From: Tannerellaceae bacterium
Lineage (GTDB): Bacteria > Bacteroidota > Bacteroidia > Bacteroidales > CAMTPD01
NCBI GenBank assembly: GCA_051660585.1
Contig: JBOFPV010000136.1
Coordinates: forward strand, 16,177-80,176
Direction of reading: 5' to 3'
Length of the DNA: 64,000 nucleotides
Shown here: positions 27,456 to 37,933 of the stretch, in pieces
Layout of the letters: every line of letters starts with the position of its first letter
Position numbering within the stretch: position 1 is the stretch's first letter
Program-made: the position numbers and the translations under genes
The notes under the pieces: generated by a model
What the model was told of the DNA's origin: nothing
What the model saw: only the letters and a program-made list of their open reading frames with translations
Databases searched by the model: none

Positions 27456-28148
27456 TTATTTCTGTTGATTTTGTGCTCTTGCGATGTATTTATCGATATC
27501 AGCAGCGTCCATAGACAATGGATAGTTATCTTTTACTGAAGTGTAAACTTCAACAGCTTTATTGTATTCGCCAAGTGATTCGTATGCACGACCTGCTTTT
27601 TTCAAATACTCAGGACTGATTGTATTGTTGTTTGCTTCTTTCGCAGCTTTAATAAAATAGTCGATACCTTCTTTTGTGTTACCCATGTTTACATAGCAGT
27701 CTCCAATAAGACCTGTAATTGCAGGTGAGATCATTTTGTCTTTGCTGCTGAATGATTTCAGAACTTCGATTGCTTTTTGGTTGTCGCCAAGTTTGAAGTA
27801 ACAGATCCCAGCGTATGCTTTTGCTAAATTACCAGCATTTGTACTTCCATATTGGTCAATAATACCTTCGAAGCCTAGATTGGTAATACCATCACCTTTT
27901 AGTGCAAGACTAAAAGAGTCTTTTGCAAAGTTTAGTTCACTTTGGAAGATTGCAGCTGATGCTTTTTGTTCTTTTGGAAGTAGGAATGTGTGTCTGATTC
28001 CAAAGAATGCCGAAACTGCCAACGTGATAATCAAAAGTCCGTAGATTAGAAATTTCTGATTTTTTTCGATGAATTGTTCCGACTTATTCAAGATCTCTTC
28101 AACGTTTTCCAACTCTTTGTTGGCAATGTTTTCTCCTTGCTTGCTCAT
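27456..28148 (-). CDS. Membrane-anchored TPR-repeat protein (YfgM-like architecture)
   Basis: One N-terminal TM segment (LIYGLLIITLAVSAFFGI) followed by TPR-like repeats. The ribH/recF neighbourhood is conserved. Confidence 0.55.
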   Translation of the reverse strand: MSKQGENIANKELENVEEILNKSEQFIEKNQKFLIYGLLIITLAVSAFFGIRHTFLLPKEQKASAAIFQSELNFAKDSFSLALKGDGITNLGFEGIIDQYGSTNAGNLAKAYAGICYFKLGDNQKAIEVLKSFSSKDKMISPAITGLIGDCYVNMGNTKEGIDYFIKAAKEANNNTISPEYLKKAGRAYESLGEYNKAVEVYTSVKDNYPLSMDAADIDKYIARAQNQQK

Positions 28149-28321
28149 AAACGTTATATCTTATTTTTTGTTATTTATTATTCATTATATATTTCGTCGG
28201 CAAAGATAGTTTTTTCAAAAATATAATTGGTATGCCTTTCGATCTTTTTTAATTAATCTCAAAAAAATGGTACTTGTGGGTGGCTTCTTTTCACTAACTT
28301 TGTCTTCTTAATTTTAAGGGA

Positions 28322-29422
28322 ATGATATTAAAGCGTCTATCAGTACTCAATTATAAGAATATTACGCAGGCTGAACTTGACTTTTCACCTAAGATGAATT
28401 GTTTCTTTGGAAACAACGGTATGGGGAAAACAAATTTGCTTGATGCAATCTATTATTTATCCTTTTCTAAGAGTTATCTTACAGCTCAGGATTCGCAAGT
28501 GATACAGCACGGAGGAGATCTTGCCGTATTACAAGGTTTCTATGATTATGAAGGCAGGGCCGAGGAGTTCTTTTGCGGTATTAAAAGAGGACAGCGAAAG
28601 CAGTTTAAGCGGAATAAGAAGGAATATGAAAAGCTTGCTGATCATATCGGATTGTTACCACTTGTAATGGTGTCGCCTTCAGACGTCGAACTGGTACGTG
28701 GAGGCAGTGAAGAGCGCCGTCGCTTTCTTGATATCTTAATCTCACAACATGATCAGCAGTACTTACATGCGTTGATGACGTACAATCGTGCATTGCAGCA
28801 ACGTAATATGATGCTTAAGAATGGATCTGAAGTTTCGCTTTATGAGGTAATTGAAGATCAAATGGATTATTATGCTCAATTGATTTACGCTCGCAGAAAG
28901 AGCTTTGTCGAGGATTTTGTCCCTATATTCAAAACATTCTATCAGTTTATTTGTAAAACAGAAGAAGAGGTTGCTCTCAATTATGTTTCGAAATTAAAGG
29001 ATGCATCATTGAAAGAGTTACTCAAAGAGAATCGTCAGCGCGATCAAATTCTTGGATATACCTCCGTGGGGATACATAAAGATGATTTGGAGATGACTCT
29101 CAATGAACACCTGATTCGAAAGATAGGCTCTCAAGGTCAGACTAAAACATATTTGATTGCTTTGAAGTTAGCTCAGTTTGACTACCTCTCGGCTCGTGGA
29201 AATACATTGCCGATCTTATTGTTGGATGATATTTTTGATAAGTTAGATGCTACGCGGGTGGAGCAAATCATAAAGCTAGTAGCAGATAATCGATTTGGTC
29301 AAATCTTTATTACAGATACGAATCGTAAATATCTGGATGAGATTCTCTTGTCAATGAATCACGATTATAAATTGTTTAGAGTAGATAAAGGTTGTGTTTT
29401 TAATCTAGATAATTCGATATGA
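28322..29422 (+). CDS. recF: DNA replication/repair protein RecF
   Basis: Walker A GNNGMGKTNLLDAIYYLS and an LLLDDIFDKLD signature/Walker B region. Confidence 0.9.
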   Translation: MILKRLSVLNYKNITQAELDFSPKMNCFFGNNGMGKTNLLDAIYYLSFSKSYLTAQDSQVIQHGGDLAVLQGFYDYEGRAEEFFCGIKRGQRKQFKRNKKEYEKLADHIGLLPLVMVSPSDVELVRGGSEERRRFLDILISQHDQQYLHALMTYNRALQQRNMMLKNGSEVSLYEVIEDQMDYYAQLIYARRKSFVEDFVPIFKTFYQFICKTEEEVALNYVSKLKDASLKELLKENRQRDQILGYTSVGIHKDDLEMTLNEHLIRKIGSQGQTKTYLIALKLAQFDYLSARGNTLPILLLDDIFDKLDATRVEQIIKLVADNRFGQIFITDTNRKYLDEILLSMNHDYKLFRVDKGCVFNLDNSI

Positions 29423-29712
29423 TACGCAATAATGAACAAAAGCTAGGGGATGTGATCAAGTCTTTTTTTGAGGAAAATCCACAATTACAAAAAAAGATTC
29501 GTGAAATAAGACTTACTCGTGCTTGGGGAGCAGTGCTTGGTCCTATGGTTTCCCATTATACGACCGGACTATACGTAAAAGAAGGCGTGCTTTTTGTGAA
29601 GCTTTCTTCATCAGTATTAAGAAGTGAATTGTTGATGTGCAAAGAAATGCTGATTGCTAACTTGAATAAATATGTTGGAGCTGATATTCTGCATGATATT
29701 GTTATTCGCTAG
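29419..29712 (+). CDS. DUF721 (DciA-like) protein
   Basis: 97 aa with a 4-nt overlap with recF. TRAWGAVLGP...VKLSSSVLRSEL pattern is typical of DUF721. Confidence 0.7.
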   Translation: MIRNNEQKLGDVIKSFFEENPQLQKKIREIRLTRAWGAVLGPMVSHYTTGLYVKEGVLFVKLSSSVLRSELLMCKEMLIANLNKYVGADILHDIVIR

Positions 29713-29731
29713 TTGTACAGCAAACTTTAGA

Positions 29732-30307
29732 TCAGCGAACTTCAACTACCTCGGTATTTGTTACAATTTTATTCATTCGTACATCGAAAGGTTCTGTTGG
29801 TACGTTTTCTACTAACTGAAAGTCGAAGCAGATACCAATGCGCGGAGCCTTTACTGTTTTAAGTAATCGGTCGTAAAAACCACGCCCCCTTCCAAGTCTA
29901 TTTCCGTTTCTGTCAAAAGCCATTCCGGGGATGACAATTAAGTCAATTGTTTCCGGAGAAATTGGTTCGATGTAAAGAGCCGGTTCTATGATTCCAAATG
30001 GACCGGATGTAGTATGTTCTATCCCTTTATATGGTTTTAATAGTAAATTATCCCCGACAACTACAGGTAATATAATGTTTTTCTGTTTATAGAACTTCTC
30101 TACAATGCCATGTGTGTTTATCTCATCAGGTAGCGAGTGATATAAACAAACCGTATGGGCCGATTCGAAGTCTTCTATGCTTTGAAGCATGTTTACTGCT
30201 GAAAAAGAAAAAGCAGCTAGTGCCTGGGCACTATACTGCTTTTTATGTTGAGCAACTTCTTTTCGAAGTTGCTTTTTTAGTTCTTGGATATTCATTTCAA
30301 GACTCAT
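29732..30307 (-). CDS. 5-formyltetrahydrofolate cyclo-ligase
   Basis: 191 aa with VIPGMAFDRNGNRLGRGRGFYDR, the conserved C-terminal motif. Confidence 0.85.
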   Translation of the reverse strand: MSLEMNIQELKKQLRKEVAQHKKQYSAQALAAFSFSAVNMLQSIEDFESAHTVCLYHSLPDEINTHGIVEKFYKQKNIILPVVVGDNLLLKPYKGIEHTTSGPFGIIEPALYIEPISPETIDLIVIPGMAFDRNGNRLGRGRGFYDRLLKTVKAPRIGICFDFQLVENVPTEPFDVRMNKIVTNTEVVEVR

Positions 30308-30325
30308 CGTATGCTTGTTTATGCA

Positions 30326-32035
30326 TTAAACATATCGAGCCAGAAGATGATCGAAAACAACAGAAACCTTTCCTTTTTGAGTCGGAATATTTAGAAACGA
30401 TTGTTCGTTACTAACCGGAGCAACAGGTTTAGCCTTGTTTTCTTGAATGATTTTTACCGCTTCCTTCAACGCTGGGTCGTCGCTAAGGAATACAGGGAAG
30501 AATCCATTGTCATCAAAAATGTTGCGAATGATGTATGCATAAAGTTGACGCTCAATCAAATTCTTGGAAATATTGATTAAGTAAGGTCTCTTTCTTACAC
30601 CATTAGCAGCAGCAAATGTCGTAAACTCATCAAGTAGAGGCTGACTCTTTAGATAGTCTAGAAGCTCTTGGTAAGTTTTGAACGAAGAGAGTTTTGCACG
30701 ATTTTGATCAGTATATTTAAAAGTAAACTGAAACAAAAGTCCACTGTTCATAATACTATTGTAGTACGAGGTAACCCCAGTTGTATCTCGGGGGATAAAT
30801 ACGTCAGGCATGATGCCTCCTCCGCCATATACGGCTCTACCTCCAATTGTTTCATAGCGTAATGAATCGTTTTGTTTGATGCTGTCTTTTGAATCAAACT
30901 CTCCGTGTAGGAAGCGGTTGTATAATTCTTGCTCATACTCTTCTCCAGCTCCACGTTGGTATTCTTTTTGAATACTACGACCTGAAGGGGTAAAGTAGCG
31001 TGCAATTGTAAGTCGGATGGCAGAACCATCGGATAATGGTATTTGCTCTTGTACCAAACCTTTTCCAAATGAACGACGGCCTACAATTGTACCTCTATCG
31101 TTGTCTTGGATAGCACCGGCGAAGATCTCACTAGCAGAAGCCGAGAAGTCATCCATCAATACTACAATTTGATCATCTTGTGCAGTTCCTGTTCCATTAG
31201 AAAAGACATCTCTACGAGGGAATGACTTTCCTTCGGTATACACAATGAGACGATCTTTTGGTAGGAATTCGTTGACCATATTGATCGCCGCATCCATATA
31301 ACCACCACCATTGCTGCGTAGGTCAATTACAAACGACTTGCACCCTTTAGCCTTTAGTTCTGCTAAAGCAGTAATAAACTCTTGATAGGTGTTTCGTCCG
31401 AATTTATTAATCTTAATATAGCCAATGCCTTTATCAACTTCAAAACTAGCGTCGACAGAGTTTACAGGAATATCTCCACGGGTTACATCAAATGTAAGAA
31501 GTTCGGGAGAGGTACTTCGCTGTACACCAAGTTTAACAATGGAGTCTTTGGGGCCACGAAGCATTTTCATTACTTTCTCTGTACTTGCTTTTACTCCAGC
31601 AATTGTAGAATCGTTTACAGAAATAATACGGTCGCCGGGAAGTAAACCTATTTTATCAGATGGACCTCCGGTTATCACGCTGACAACCACAACGGTATCT
31701 GTTTGATAATTAAATTGAATACCAATGCCGCTAAATGAACCTTCCAAGTCTTCATTCACCATCTGAAGATCTTTTGCCGGTATGTATGCCGAGTGAGGGT
31801 CTAATTCGCTAAAGATTTTTGGAATAGCTTCCTCTACGATCTCGTTTACGTCGATCGTATCTACATACTGTCTGTCGATGATGTTGAGGATAGCATCCAG
31901 TTTTCCTTCTCCGGAAGGTATACCTTTAGAGCCCGAAAGGTTTCGGGATTTATAGACATTGCCTACAAATATGCCTAAAGCAATGCTGGATGCGATAATG
32001 ATAGGAAGCCAAATTGCGACTTTTTTACTATTCAT
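30326..32035 (-). CDS. S41 family C-terminal processing peptidase with PDZ domain
   Basis: N-terminal anchor, PDZ (GGPSDKIGLLPGDRIISVND), and SASASEIFAGAIQD with the catalytic Ser. Confidence 0.85.
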   Translation of the reverse strand: MNSKKVAIWLPIIIASSIALGIFVGNVYKSRNLSGSKGIPSGEGKLDAILNIIDRQYVDTIDVNEIVEEAIPKIFSELDPHSAYIPAKDLQMVNEDLEGSFSGIGIQFNYQTDTVVVVSVITGGPSDKIGLLPGDRIISVNDSTIAGVKASTEKVMKMLRGPKDSIVKLGVQRSTSPELLTFDVTRGDIPVNSVDASFEVDKGIGYIKINKFGRNTYQEFITALAELKAKGCKSFVIDLRSNGGGYMDAAINMVNEFLPKDRLIVYTEGKSFPRRDVFSNGTGTAQDDQIVVLMDDFSASASEIFAGAIQDNDRGTIVGRRSFGKGLVQEQIPLSDGSAIRLTIARYFTPSGRSIQKEYQRGAGEEYEQELYNRFLHGEFDSKDSIKQNDSLRYETIGGRAVYGGGGIMPDVFIPRDTTGVTSYYNSIMNSGLLFQFTFKYTDQNRAKLSSFKTYQELLDYLKSQPLLDEFTTFAAANGVRKRPYLINISKNLIERQLYAYIIRNIFDDNGFFPVFLSDDPALKEAVKIIQENKAKPVAPVSNEQSFLNIPTQKGKVSVVFDHLLARYV

Positions 32036-32037
32036 GG

Positions 32038-32484
32038 TTACTTCGCTTTATTATCATTTATATCGATATAATCTAATTCAATTCCTGCTTTGCGAAGAAG
32101 ATTGCAACCTTCTTCTACTCGATATTTTTCAGAATAAACAACTCGTCTGATACCTGCTTGTATGATCAATTTAGCACATTCAATGCATGGGGCAGAAGTG
32201 ACATAAATGGTAGATCCGCTGCTGCTGTTTGATGATTTTGCAACTTTTGTGATTGCATTTGCTTCTGCATGCATTACATAAGGAAAGGTTGCATTTGTTT
32301 CATCTTCACAGTTGTTTTCAAATCCAGAAGGTGTACCATTGTAGCCGTCTGATATGATCATTTTATCTTTAACAATCAAAGCTCCTACTTGTCTTCTTTT
32401 ACAATAAGAATTTTCAGCCCAGATTGATGCCATACGCAAATATCTGCGATCAAGTTCGAGTTGTTTGTGATCTTTTTCCGTCAT
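32038..32484 (-). CDS. dCMP deaminase (ComEB-type)
   Basis: HAEANAI and PCIECAKLI zinc-binding motifs, 148 aa. Confidence 0.85.
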   Translation of the reverse strand: MTEKDHKQLELDRRYLRMASIWAENSYCKRRQVGALIVKDKMIISDGYNGTPSGFENNCEDETNATFPYVMHAEANAITKVAKSSNSSSGSTIYVTSAPCIECAKLIIQAGIRRVVYSEKYRVEEGCNLLRKAGIELDYIDINDNKAK

Positions 32485-32493
32485 TTTTTATAG

Positions 32494-33495
32494 TTAGAAA
32501 AGCCTATAAATATAAAAGATGTACAAACCAATAAGGATAAATCCAGATATACGCCCCAAAATACCACCATCAAAATTCGTTAGTGCTTTGAGTTTGTTTT
32601 GGTTTGAACTTTTAAATATAGAAATATTTTTATTTATTGGATAAATTAGCAGTAAAATAAGTGTGCTAAATATCAACATCCAAATAAAATCCGGCTTAAA
32701 GTCTGCGAAATTAAGACCAATTGGGTGGATAGTGGATGATAGTCCAATAACACTTAAAATATTAAAAAGGTTTGATCCGATAATGTTTCCGATCGAAATA
32801 TCTGTTTGTTTCTTTAATGCTGCAACAACTGACGCTGCAAGTTCTGGTAGACTTGTTCCGAATGCAACCACAGTAACACCAATAACTTTTTGACTTACTC
32901 CGAAGCTTGTTGCAACGGTTGTAGCACCTTTAACAAGAAGATCAGCCCCAAAAGCTAAACCAACGCATGCACCGATAATAAAAACAAAAGCTTTCCATAC
33001 AGGAAGATGTGCTGCATCTTCATCAATGTCTTCATCTGTGCTTGCATTGTTTTCTTTACGACTTTTGTGAATCATAAAAATGGTATAACCCACTAAAAGA
33101 GTAAATCCGAAAAGACCTTCCCAACGTGTGATGATACCGTCATAAGCAGCTATGAAGAATAAGATAGAAGCAAGAACCATAACCGGTCCATCGTTCTTGA
33201 TAGAAGCTTTACTTACCGGAATTGGTAAAATTAGAGCTGTGATCCCAAGTATAAGACCAATATTTGCAATATTAGAACCAATAACGTTTCCTAGAGCAAT
33301 TTCGGGATGGCCCGAAATTGCTGCATTTGTACTCACTATAAGTTCTGGAGCTGAAGTTCCGAATGCAATGACAGTCATACCAATTACAAGAGGTGAGATG
33401 TTAAGCTTTGAAGCTAAACCAACTCCTCCTTTTACTAAATAATCGGCACTAAATAAAAGCAGTAATAAACCTGCTATTAGTTGAACGTATTCCAT
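32494..33495 (-). CDS. Ca2+/Na+ antiporter (CaCA family, YrbG-like)
   Basis: Two alpha-repeats: GNVIGSNIANIGLILG and GNIIGSNLFNILSVIG. Confidence 0.85.
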   Translation of the reverse strand: MEYVQLIAGLLLLLFSADYLVKGGVGLASKLNISPLVIGMTVIAFGTSAPELIVSTNAAISGHPEIALGNVIGSNIANIGLILGITALILPIPVSKASIKNDGPVMVLASILFFIAAYDGIITRWEGLFGFTLLVGYTIFMIHKSRKENNASTDEDIDEDAAHLPVWKAFVFIIGACVGLAFGADLLVKGATTVATSFGVSQKVIGVTVVAFGTSLPELAASVVAALKKQTDISIGNIIGSNLFNILSVIGLSSTIHPIGLNFADFKPDFIWMLIFSTLILLLIYPINKNISIFKSSNQNKLKALTNFDGGILGRISGFILIGLYIFYIYRLF

Positions 33496-33507
33496 TGTAT
33501 TTATTTC

Positions 33508-35601
33508 TTATCGAGTGATTCCATTGCTTTTTAGTAAAGCGTCAATGGTAGGTCTTTGGCCTCTAAAGCGGATGTAAAGTTCCATTGGATCTTCTGTACC
33601 TCCTTTAGAAAGAATGTTTTCATAAAATGACTTCGCAGTCTCTTTGTTGAAAATACCTGTTTCTGTAAACGCGGCAAAAGCATCTGCATCAAGCACTTCA
33701 GCCCATTTATATCCATAATATCCGGCAGCATAACCACCTGAAAAGATATGACCAAAGTTTGCACTCATTAATGTGTTTTTGACAGATGGCAGGATTTGAG
33801 CTTTATTCCAAGCTGTTTGTTCAAAAGCTGTAACATCACCGTCGAAAGGTGTGTCAATTGTATGCCAGCTCATGTCAAGCAGACCGAAGCTTAATTGGCG
33901 TAGACATTGATAACCCATATTAAAGTTTGCGGCATCAATTAACTTCTGTACGAGTTCTTGAGGAATTTTCTCTCCTGTTTGATAATGCACAGCAAATTTA
34001 TCTAGGAATTCTTTCTCTGTAAGCCAGTTTTCCATAATCTGAGATGGAAGCTCCACAAAGTCACGGTATACAGATGTACCGGATAAACTTTCGTATGTTA
34101 CATCAGAAAGCATGCCATGTAATGCATGTCCAAACTCATGTAAGAATGTATTAACTTCATCAAACGAAAGTAGTGATGGAGTTGTTTCTGTTGGAGGCGT
34201 GAAGTTCATTACGATTGAAACATGAGGACGAGAGTCCTTGCCATCTTTCTTATATTGACCTTTGAATTCAGTCATCCATGCACCGGCACGTTTTGATGCT
34301 CGTGGATGGAAGTCTGTATAAAGCACTGCAACAAATTTACCATTTGCGTCAAAGACTTCATACGCTTCGGCTTCCTTGTTAAATACCGGTATCTTAGTAT
34401 TCTTTTTGAAAGTAATACCATATAATTCGGTTGCAAGTCCAAATACCCCTTTCTTTACGTTTTCTAGTTCAAAGTATGGACGAGTCATTTCGTCATTGAC
34501 ATTAAACTTTACGTTTTTAAGTTTTTCCGAGTAATAACTCCAATCCCAAGGCATCAACTGGATATACTCTTTATTATATGCAGCAGCAAAACCTTGTACT
34601 TCGCTAAGCTCATTTTGTGCGTAAGGTTTGTATGCATCTAAAAGTTCATTTAGGAGGCTGTATACATTTTCCTCATTCTGAGCCATACGTTTGCGAAGCG
34701 TATAGTTTGCATAGTTTGGATATCCCATCAAACGCGCAATCTCAAGACGTGTGTTTGCAATCTTTCGAATGATCTCTTTGTTGTCGAGTTCATCTCCTTT
34801 GATGCAACGACTATTTGAGGCCAAGTATATTTCTTTACGAAGGTCTCTGTTGTCGGCATACGTCATAAAAGGAATGTAACTTGGGGCAGATAAATCAAAT
34901 AGATATCCATCTTTTCCTTTGTTTTTTGCGCGAGTAGCAGCAGCTTCTTTTACACTTTCAGGTAAGCCTGAAAGAAGAGATTCATCTGTGATAATCTTCT
35001 CAAACTTATTAGTTTCCTTCAATGCATTTTGACCAAAAGTAAGGGATAGCATGCTCAAGTCGGCATTCAATTGGCGATATTTCTCTTTGTCTTCTGCTGA
35101 AAGATTAGCACCACGATTGCAAAACGCATCGTACGTGTTTTGAAGTAACTTCTCTTGCTCTAAATCAAGATTCAGGTTGTCTTTATTATCATAAATAGAT
35201 TTTACTCGAGCAAAAAGCTTCTCGTTGAGAAAGATGTTGCTTGAGCTTTCAGATAGCTTAGGAGAGATACGTTGAGAAATCTCCATCATCTCATCGTTGC
35301 TATCCGTACTAAGCAAATTGAAGAAAACATTCGACACTTTGGTCAACAGTTCGCCTGCATTCTCCAATGCAACGATTGTATTGTCGAAAGTTGCAGGTTT
35401 TGGGTTGTTTGCGATTGCCTCAATTTCTTTTTTCTGCTCATCGAGTCCTTGATCAAAAGCAGGTTCGTAATGCTCTATTTTTATTTTATCAAATGGAACT
35501 GTTTCGTGCGGGGTTTTGTATTTCCCGAAAAAAGGATTTTTTGCTGTCATGCCAGTAACTATACTACTTAATAAAAGAACGTTTAAAAAGAATTTTCTCA
35601 T
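33508..35601 (-). CDS. dcp: M3 family peptidyl-dipeptidase (Dcp-like)
   Basis: Signal peptide and the HEFGHALH zinc motif, 697 aa. Confidence 0.85.
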   Translation of the reverse strand: MRKFFLNVLLLSSIVTGMTAKNPFFGKYKTPHETVPFDKIKIEHYEPAFDQGLDEQKKEIEAIANNPKPATFDNTIVALENAGELLTKVSNVFFNLLSTDSNDEMMEISQRISPKLSESSSNIFLNEKLFARVKSIYDNKDNLNLDLEQEKLLQNTYDAFCNRGANLSAEDKEKYRQLNADLSMLSLTFGQNALKETNKFEKIITDESLLSGLPESVKEAAATRAKNKGKDGYLFDLSAPSYIPFMTYADNRDLRKEIYLASNSRCIKGDELDNKEIIRKIANTRLEIARLMGYPNYANYTLRKRMAQNEENVYSLLNELLDAYKPYAQNELSEVQGFAAAYNKEYIQLMPWDWSYYSEKLKNVKFNVNDEMTRPYFELENVKKGVFGLATELYGITFKKNTKIPVFNKEAEAYEVFDANGKFVAVLYTDFHPRASKRAGAWMTEFKGQYKKDGKDSRPHVSIVMNFTPPTETTPSLLSFDEVNTFLHEFGHALHGMLSDVTYESLSGTSVYRDFVELPSQIMENWLTEKEFLDKFAVHYQTGEKIPQELVQKLIDAANFNMGYQCLRQLSFGLLDMSWHTIDTPFDGDVTAFEQTAWNKAQILPSVKNTLMSANFGHIFSGGYAAGYYGYKWAEVLDADAFAAFTETGIFNKETAKSFYENILSKGGTEDPMELYIRFRGQRPTIDALLKSNGITR

Positions 35602-35975
35602 GAATCAAATATTTGGTATCCATAAATCGAATACAAATATCTTAAATCATTTTTATAAATCCGCTTTTATTTAATTGCACTTTGTTATCCATTTGCTTTT
35701 TTTATTTTTGATACATCCGTAAATGTAAGTTTTGCATATTTCACGTAGATAAGAAAGTATTAAACAAGAAAGCTCTTATGCCTATTGTAAATGTAAAAAG
35801 TCCCTTTTTGTTTATTTGATGGCCTATTTTTATAACTAAATGCAAGATTTAAGTGTTAAATCAAGAAATACAACTCTTTTAGTGTGTTTGTTGCTTTGTA
35901 TTATTATTATTGTTTAATACATTTGAACGAATTAATAAAAAATTAAAAAACCATTTGTCGTAAATAATTTGATTA

Positions 35976-37919
35976 ATGAGTTATCTTAAATTCGACAGAA
36001 CGTTGATGATTAATCTTTCTGAGTCCCTTACTCGGGAAGTTTTAAGAACTAATCGAAAAGGAGCTTATCACTGCACATCAATTGTTGACTGTAATACGCG
36101 TAAATATCATGGTTTGTTGGTAATGCCTGTGAATAATCTGGGCAAAGACAATCATGTGTTGTTGTCATCACTTGATGAAACGGTGATACAACACGGAGCT
36201 GAGTTTAATTTAGGCTTGCATAAGTATGCCGGAGAAAACTATAGCCCCAAAGGTCATAAATACATTCGAGAGTTCAATTGTGACATTGTACCCCGCACCA
36301 TCTATAGAGTTGGAGGTGTAATCTTGGCCAAAGAGAAAATATTTTCATTGTTCGAAAACCGAATATTGATAAAATACACATTACTCGAAGCGCATTCGCC
36401 AACAACATTGCGCTTTAGACCTTTTTTGGCCTTTAGAAGTGTAAAAACACTTTCGTATGCAAACGACTATGTGAACAAATCAATAGAACCAGTTGAAAAC
36501 GGAATAAAAACATGTATGTACGAGGGGTATCCTGATTTGTATATGCAGTTTAGTAAAAAAGCAAATTTCGTTTTTACCCCCGATTGGTATTATGGAATTG
36601 AGTATCCAAAGGAACAAGAGCGAGGTTATCCATATCAAGAAGATTTGTATGTGCCTGGTTATTTTGAAGTTCCAATTAAAAAAGGAGAAAGCGTAATCTT
36701 CTCTGCTGGGGATGAAGTTGCAAAACCACGTCGTTTACGATTCATGTTTGATTCGGAGGCACACAACAGAACTCCGCGTTCCAACTTCTTTAACTGCTTA
36801 AAGAATGCAGCGCAACAATTCTATTTCAGATTAAAAGAAACTGATGCTTACATTCTTGCCGGTTATCCATGGTTTGGTGTACGTGCCCGTGATTTATTTG
36901 TATCGCTTCCAGGCTCTACCCTTTGTTTAGACGATTCGATGCGTTATCATAAAATAATGGCCTCGGCGATTCCGGCACTTCGCAACTTTATGGAAACTGG
37001 AGATATGGATCCGGTGATTGAAGAGATAGATGATCCCGACGTGTTACTTTGGGCTATTTGGGCTATTCAGCAATACGCAAAGACTCAAGGTTGGGAAAAG
37101 TGTATTCAATTGTATGGAGACTTTGTTGAAGAAGCCATTCGATATATCCGCGAGCAAAAGCATCCGTTGATGCGAGAACAAGACAATGGACTACTATATG
37201 TTCGAGCAGAGAATAGAGCTTGTACTTGGATGAATTCTACAGTCAATGGAGTGCCGGTGGTAAAGCGTTGCGGTTGTATTGTAGAGATAAATGCTTTGTG
37301 GTATAATGCCCTTGGCTTTTACAAAGACTTACTGATCCATCGTGACGGGGCAGATACATCGGTTGTCGAAGGGCTCATGGATATTGTAAAAGCGTCTTTC
37401 AAAAGTACATTTATCAATCAATATGGATATTTGTTTGACTCGGTTGATGGTAATGTTGTTGATTGGAGTGTAAGACCGAACATGGTTTTTGCTATCGCAT
37501 TAGACTATTCACCACTCAATCGTCATGAAAAGCGAACTGTTCTTGATTACATAACGAAAGAACTTCTCACTCCAAAGGGATTAAGATCCTTAAGTCCGAA
37601 AAGTGAAGGATACAATCCTTATTACGTAGGAGCACAAGTTGAAAGAGACTTAGCTTATCATCAGGGAACAGCTTGGCCATGGTTGTTTGGTTTCTATCTC
37701 GAAGCATACATCAATGTATTTGGTCAGAGCGGAGTTTCATTTGTAGAGCGAATGCTTATTGGCCTCGAAGAAGAAATGCAGTTGCACTGTGTAGGAACAC
37801 TTTCTGAAGTATTTGACGGTAACCCTCCGTTTGCAGGACGCGGTGCAATCTCTTTTGCTATGAATGTCGCTTCAATACTACGTGTATTGGATTATCTCAA
37901 GAAATGTAATCTCGAATAA
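35976..37919 (+). CDS. Glycogen debranching enzyme family (amylo-alpha-1,6-glucosidase-type)
   Basis: 647 aa. N-terminal GDE_N-like region (NTRKYHGLLV) and C-terminal (alpha/alpha)6-type region (YHQGTAWPWL). Confidence 0.75.
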   Translation: MSYLKFDRTLMINLSESLTREVLRTNRKGAYHCTSIVDCNTRKYHGLLVMPVNNLGKDNHVLLSSLDETVIQHGAEFNLGLHKYAGENYSPKGHKYIREFNCDIVPRTIYRVGGVILAKEKIFSLFENRILIKYTLLEAHSPTTLRFRPFLAFRSVKTLSYANDYVNKSIEPVENGIKTCMYEGYPDLYMQFSKKANFVFTPDWYYGIEYPKEQERGYPYQEDLYVPGYFEVPIKKGESVIFSAGDEVAKPRRLRFMFDSEAHNRTPRSNFFNCLKNAAQQFYFRLKETDAYILAGYPWFGVRARDLFVSLPGSTLCLDDSMRYHKIMASAIPALRNFMETGDMDPVIEEIDDPDVLLWAIWAIQQYAKTQGWEKCIQLYGDFVEEAIRYIREQKHPLMREQDNGLLYVRAENRACTWMNSTVNGVPVVKRCGCIVEINALWYNALGFYKDLLIHRDGADTSVVEGLMDIVKASFKSTFINQYGYLFDSVDGNVVDWSVRPNMVFAIALDYSPLNRHEKRTVLDYITKELLTPKGLRSLSPKSEGYNPYYVGAQVERDLAYHQGTAWPWLFGFYLEAYINVFGQSGVSFVERMLIGLEEEMQLHCVGTLSEVFDGNPPFAGRGAISFAMNVASILRVLDYLKKCNLE

Positions 37920-37933
37920 AAGAAGTAAATGTT